Positions 33,277 through 38,955 of a stretch of 38,955 bases of DNA are shown here, piece by piece (the stretch's first letter is position 1; the number at the start of each line of letters is the position of its first letter). Location: NCBI GenBank assembly GCA_049999805.1, contig JBNGIO010005405.1, forward strand, positions 62,001 through 100,955. Direction: 5' to 3'. The notes under the pieces are model-generated. The model ran no database searches. It saw only the letters and a program-made list of their open reading frames with translations, and was not told where the DNA came from. This DNA comes from Folioceros fuciformis (taxonomy: Eukaryota). A program made the position numbers and the translations under genes.

Positions 33277-33870
33277 ATGGCTTACAAGATGAAGGCGAAG
33301 GTGGAGCGGAGCCGGATTCTGATGAGCTCGCGATTGGCACCAGCAGCACTGGCGCTGCTGCTGGCAGTGCTGTATAATGCACACCTCGCCTCCGCAGATG
33401 CTTACGGCAAGGCAACATACTATAACGAATACGTCCGTAAGTAGAGCCGCCAAGCTTGTCATTCAACGGGACTGTCACTGTCCTGCTGCCCTTCTGGACA
33501 CTGCATGCATTCTGCCCAGTTCTGCATTCTACCAGTCACGCAGTTGCAATCGAAGTGATTATGAGCGTGTCATGTGTGGATTGCAGCGTCCGCGTGCTTC
33601 GGGTACGACCAGAGCCAGTTCCCGGCCAACGGCTACTTTGCGGCAGCAAGCGATGCGTTCTGGAACGGAGGCGCAGTGTGTGGAGATTACTACTGGGTGT
33701 GGTGCACGTCGGGCTGTACCCACACCAACCCGATCAAGGTGCGGATCGTGGACTACTGCCCTCCCGGCTGCGCTGGCACCATCGACCTCTCACAGACCGC
33801 TTTCGCCGCAATAGCAAACCTCGACACTGGGGTCATCGGAATTGGCTACAACTTCGCCAACTCTGGATAG
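33277..33870 (+). CDS. Secreted EG45-like / plant natriuretic peptide-like protein (RlpA-like double-psi beta-barrel)
   Basis: Exons 33277-33436 and 33587-33870 (alternative ATGs at 33289 and 33322). Hydrophobic signal peptide ALALLLAVLYNAHLASA, then GKATYYNEYVPSACFG...AAASDAFWNGGAVCG...VRIVDYCPPGCAGTIDLSQTAFAAIANLDTGVIGIGY. Confidence 0.9.
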
Positions 33871-35942
33871 TTCCATTTGGACGCCATCTTCTCAAAACCT
33901 TAACACCTGCTTATAAAGCGATCGGCATGTGCGATCGTCCAGTGGCTTCTGAGGTACCGGTCTGCGTATAAATGAGGGCCGATCGCGAGCCAGCTTTCTA
34001 GCTCGGCTAAGCTACATAGATGAGTGTTTGTTGCTAACCGATCCAGACTAGTGTTCTGTATGCGCAGCGTTGTGGTAATCAGCTGTATCGCGCAGAATCA
34101 TGCTATGGTAATGCAATGAGACCCTTGAGCTTGTGGGCATTCTCGCAACTGCCCTGCTCGTTTGATCATACTCAGTGTTCATCCGCAGTTATTCACATCG
34201 GACTGTGATCGAGATAGTAATTTCAGCCAAGTCTTGTCACTTGTGTAGGTGCACCACCTACTCACCAACGATCGTGGATCACCCAGCTGCTGGCCTGGGC
34301 CTTTCTAAATTTAACCTTGCGTGCCCCAGACTTTCGGACACTAAGATAATTCCTGCCCGGATCCTCCACAGGCTTTCCAAACGCTGCCGAAACGAACACC
34401 GATCTTCGACCTCTGACACAACGTTGTGGCACTAGACTAATAAGAAAACAGAGAAGCAACTTCATCTGATTGGAATGAGGGTGAAGTGATTGGGCTAAAC
34501 GCGGGCCAGTCAGAAACTAGAGGAATACAGTATACTATGGAGAATCTAGAAACGCACGTGCATCTCGGGGACAATGATGTACTACTGGAGGAGCTGCACA
34601 TGAAGCTGCTCAGCTAGGTTGTAGGATAGAAGCACCGAATCACGGAGAGTGGAGAGTCGAGAAGCGCCTACTGGCTCCTGCTGCTTGCATTCGAATGGCT
34701 ACTTTTCTATCAATAGGTTGAGTCCTTGTGGGCTTTTCATGGGGAATTCGTTTCCAGACCGGCTGTACATGTCTTGCTCAAGTTGAAGGTCAGCAGGCCA
34801 CATTGATATTGAGCCTCGATCAACTTTTGAGATTTCTTGTCCCCATATTCAGGTTCACAATGACGGCAACAACAAGAGGCATCTCCAGAAAGTATGTGAG
34901 GTTATTTTGCCGGTCACTTCTCCAGATCTGACTTCATCCGGATGTTCCAGCTAACTGGTTGTGTCACCGTGTCCACCTCCAGCATGCACATGCCAACAAA
35001 AGCCTGCCCGTGGCATGGCACAAGCGGCCGTGATATGCTGCAACACGCTTCCACAGAATGTGTACTAGCCGCCTCATCTGATCGCGAATCCTCACCTGCC
35101 AGTGGGATTCCTGACCGGGCCCGCCGGCCGCTCGTCGAGTCCAGGTAAACGGATTTTTTGGTGTACCACCATGTATACGGCCCCACCGTATAGGTCTTGG
35201 ATCCTTGCGAGCAGCCAGCCGTGATGAGCAGATCCTGCTCTATCACGACAGCGCACTTCACACAAAATGACTTGGACTGCCATCCCGTCGAAGACCGGAG
35301 TTCGGAGTTCAGACATCCTCCCATCTTCCACAGGTAGCTTGTGTGGGTACGTACATGATGGCCAAGTCAAGGAAGCTGCTGTCAACGATCCAATCCACAT
35401 TCTTGACTTGGGCAGGGCAAGGGACGCCATGCCACATGTTTCTGCCATGCTCTACATCTGGCAACCACGAGACTTGAGTCGGCCAAACTAGAAAAGTCCA
35501 AACAGTCACCGCTAACTATCGGGATTAGCCACACCGGTCTGCAACAGACGGAACAGAAACAGCATTACAATTGCGGAAGCTGCAGAGTCGCATGCTGGTT
35601 AATCCTCCAGCGTCCAACACGATTTTTGCCAGAGTCTGGTTGTCTCGCGGGTACGACAAGTTGGCCTGACTCACAACCCAGCTGCGTTGTGCCTGCCATG
35701 TCCAACCCACACAGACTTCATAGCCGGTGCTGCAACCCACAAGGGCTCGGAACTCGACCTCCGCATTTAGGGCTCAATCGGTGCGAAGGTGAACATCATC
35801 GAGAAACAGAACCTGACGGTCCGGGATCAGGAGCTGACAGGCAGGAAATTCCAGGGACACATGTGATGCCATGGCAGCCTTTACGCAGCACAAGGTTGGG
35901 GTGCAGAATGCTGTCTGTGGAGCCTTCCTGGTAGGCCAGGCC

Positions 35943-36995
35943 ATGGAGGGCACGGAGGTGGAGGAGTTGGCATGGCTCGTGAAGGACAACCTGTACAGCA
36001 AGCATCTGGTGCTGTCGGTGGAGGAGATGTTTGTGGAGTTTCTACAGGATGGCGCAGGAAGTGGGAGTGGACAGGACGTGCTACAGCTGAAGCCCATGGA
36101 TTCGTACCAGAGGATGCTGCTGCACCGGCTGGCCGATCTGTTTGGATTAGCTCACGAGTCGGTTGGGGAGAATGAGGAGAGGCATCTGGTGGTCGCCCAC
36201 AGCGCCGACTCCTCCATCCCGGAGGTACTGGTGAGCGACGTGCTGGCCAAGGGTCCCGGCGAGGCGGCCGCGAGGGAGCCCCACGGGAGCAAGCTCCTGC
36301 TCAAATCCGAGTCCGGATCCGCGGCATCGGCAAGGGGTCTCAAGAGGAGCGCCGTGGTGCAACGATCTGCCGTGTCCCTGGAGGAGCGGGAGGCGGCGTA
36401 CTCGGCTGCCAGAGAGCGGATCTTCGCAGACGGAGGATCGGGGCACTGCGACAGGGTTCCCAGCGCCAGGCCCGTACCCTTGGCTGCTCGCAGGATGATC
36501 GCCCGTGCTCTCGGCAAGCCGCGTATTGGGGACGGAAGCCCTGACTCGGCGAGAGACGTGCCGGATGCCGAGCCATGCGACCGGAAAGATGCGAGAGATG
36601 GAGAAACCCTAGCTATGGCAGAGGGTTCGCCTTCCTCCTCTGGCCAGGGTTCGCTTCAGCAGGATGATGGGTCTCGGCGAGCTGCCCGGTCGTCAGCTAG
36701 GGCGGCTACTAGGATCTTCGCCCAGGCCCTGGTCTTGCCCGTCACGCATCCGTCCAGGCAAGCTGGAGCCTCAGATCCAGGTCGTGACAGGAGCAGCAGG
36801 GGCCACGGCGGTGATGTTGCCTCGGATGTTGTGGGACGCAGAACGCCGTCTCCCAGGCTGAAGTATGCTAGTCGTGTGCGGGACGATGGCGGCCCTGATG
36901 CGGGAGCAGGAAGGACGCGAGGGCGAGCTGCACTTCCTCTATCTTCCTGCCGACTCGCTGATGACCATGTTGCATCGTCAACAAGTGCGTCGTAG
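35943..36995 (+). CDS. R3H and SUZ domain single-stranded nucleic-acid-binding protein
   Basis: VEELAWLVKDNLYSKHLVLSVEE, R3H core PMDSYQRMLLHRLADLFGLAHESVGE and SUZ motif SLEEREAAYSAARERIF, followed by a disordered tail. The start could be the upstream in-frame ATG at 35871. Confidence 0.87.
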   Translation: MEGTEVEELAWLVKDNLYSKHLVLSVEEMFVEFLQDGAGSGSGQDVLQLKPMDSYQRMLLHRLADLFGLAHESVGENEERHLVVAHSADSSIPEVLVSDVLAKGPGEAAAREPHGSKLLLKSESGSAASARGLKRSAVVQRSAVSLEEREAAYSAARERIFADGGSGHCDRVPSARPVPLAARRMIARALGKPRIGDGSPDSARDVPDAEPCDRKDARDGETLAMAEGSPSSSGQGSLQQDDGSRRAARSSARAATRIFAQALVLPVTHPSRQAGASDPGRDRSSRGHGGDVASDVVGRRTPSPRLKYASRVRDDGGPDAGAGRTRGRAALPLSSCRLADDHVASSTSAS

Positions 36996-37781
36996 GGCGG
37001 GCGGGCGGCTCTTGCATTTTTCTCCAGCTACTTCCTCGTGCAGGCCGGCTATTGCAAGTTTCTCCATCCGCGTCCATTCCATGGATCCCTGCAGGCAGGC
37101 AAGATCTTGCGACTTTCCCCCTATGCTTGCATTTCATGGATTCCTCCATGCTGGCGCTTGGAGTTCCCTCCAACTACGTCCATGGATTCCTGCAGGCGCC
37201 GGGCATGTGTATCTAAATGCGGTGAATGAGCAGGTTGATCCTCTGGGAGGTTTTACAAAGAAGCTTCCCTGCCATGCTCCATGCCCTTGTTCTTTGCAAG
37301 GATTCAGGATCTTCTCACGTCACGGCAGAGGACAGACTCACATCCCTCATAACGAGAAGAGTACAGTAGTTTGTACATTTTTCTGTGCTGCCTGTGATGG
37401 CCTTAGCAAAGGTCGGAGGAAGACAGATCACCTCATCACATTATATCGTTCGACGCATTCAAAGTCGCTCACGCAAATTCTTGTGACTGGACATGGTGAC
37501 AGACTTTCTTGCATCAGTATGGCATGAAGTCGAGGACCTTCGATAATCTTTTCTTCTCCTCTCCTTGGAGTACATATCAGATCAAACAGATGTTTGAAGC
37601 CTAGGAGGCAGTGCATAATTTTGAGTCAGTGAAGTATGTCAGCTCGGGAGACTTCATGAGCACCGACTCATCGCATCGTCCCCTGACCTAATCACGAGAC
37701 GGGAGAGATGATCGTATGTTCCTGCACTTCAGTAAGGCACCTTGCCGAGCTTATAACACGTCCTGGGAAGCCACTCTCACC

Positions 37782-37900
37782 GCCTGCACAATTTCTGTTG
37801 GTCCTGCACCATTTCTGTTGGGCCTGCACAATTGCTGTTGAGCCTGCACAATTGCTGTTGGGCCTTCACAATTGCTGTCGGGCCTGCACAATTTCTGTTG
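37782..37900. repeat. 20-bp minisatellite, 6 copies
   Basis: GCCTGCACAATT(T/G)CTGTTGG repeated head to tail with few substitutions and no unique spacers. Confidence 0.92.
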
Positions 37901-38955
37901 TCACGGCGAGCGAATTGAACAGAACTGGTGGTGCCGAGCGCGTGAGAGCGACATGCGTGACAGAAGGAGGCAGCGGAAGGGGGAAACCGCATCGCGCGGG
38001 GGCTCGCGCTGGAGAAAGGGACTGGGATTTGGACACGCGTCTCACCTGGGACGTGAATCTCGAGTCGCGAATTGCGAATCGTAAGCCGTGATTCGTGAGC
38101 TTCGGGCAGGCAACGACACGACACGACAGGGCCGTCGAGCCCGGGGCTTCAGGTCGGTGAGACAGGTGCGGTCAACCGGTGACCAACACTTCGCTGGTTG
38201 TGGCAGGCAGTTCCCGGCCACACCTTGCTTCTTAGCTTTCTCTATCGCATACGACGTCCTTTTTGTCTCCAGGCCCGCACTCGCACCCCCTCAGTCGGAA
38301 TCTGGAATCGTGGTCCCGTGCGCCCCGCCCGGGCGCCCGCGATTGCTTGCCATCGCCGCGACCTCGAGGCGCGGATCCAGCTGAGCGTCGGGCGTTTGGA
38401 AATGGCTTCCGTGCTCTGAGCACGCGCACGGCAAACGCCAGCCAGTCTGCAGTTGAAGCGTTGTTGTACACAAGATCGGGCAGCGGCAATTGCCAATCCC
38501 AGTGTTCCTGCATGAGGTACGTTTGCGTGTATGTTGGAAGCTCCCATTTTTGCTTCCGAGTCTCCTGGGTCTCGCGTTATCGAGACTGAGCAGGTGCTTT
38601 CTGTGATGTTAAGTCTGGAGATGGCAACGACACATTCCTCACGTCCCAGCTCGGAATCCTGCCGCCCTAATCTTTTGTGTGGGTTCTTGCGCCTTGTCCG
38701 GGCCTTGTGAGTGAGCTCATGTTGTGCTTTCTGGCGGACCGCAGAGCGTGAGCCGGGAAGGCACCATGGAATGGAGTCCCACAGCTCAGTTGTTTCGAGC
38801 GGAGGGGCCACGCGGATTTCGAAATGCGGCTGGGGGATGTGTTCATGTGAGGACGAGCCTGGTGGGGAACGTTGTGCCGGGGAGGAATTTTCTGGCCTCC
38901 CGTTGCAGGACGCGGAGGTTGGGCGGGTGTGAGAATCGGTCCCTTTTTCTGGCTG

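Noticed and set aside
34500-35800. Short ORFs on both strands and a 10-bp inverted repeat at about 35362-35411
   Set aside because: No coherent gene model or known motif, and the stem is too short for a miRNA precursor.
37900-38955. GC-rich ORFs of 60-189 aa at the right end
   Set aside because: No recognisable domains; consistent with chance ORFs in GC-rich promoter or leader DNA.

Overview
Gene-dense eukaryotic nuclear DNA from a compact land-plant genome. The uniformly short GT-AG introns (mostly 70-190 nt), a PLS-class PPR gene and an HSPA12-type gene suggest a non-seed plant such as a hornwort or lycophyte (inference). Eleven protein-coding genes were modelled by hand from splice sites and family motifs: a PLS-PPR protein running off the left edge, a SETD9/C5orf35-like SET protein, a HemK2/N6AMT1 methyltransferase, an FLD/LSD1-type histone demethylase, prefoldin 5, PI-phospholipase C, an intronless HSPA12-like Hsp70, an At5g03900-like plastid membrane protein, a PEPCK-fold protein lacking catalytic motifs, an EG45/plant natriuretic peptide-like DPBB protein and an R3H-SUZ protein. 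Three AT-rich, repeat-rich islands (about 7.4-8.6, 12.1-14.3 and 20.0-21.9 kb) look like decayed mobile DNA. The most interesting observation is that the PPR protein carries, between its transit peptide and the PPR array, an intron-split motif resembling the ssDNA-binding PDF motif of organellar OSB proteins. This would be a candidate ssDNA-binding/RNA-editing fusion. No RNA genes or CRISPR arrays were recognised. All family assignments are from motif recognition, not database searches.
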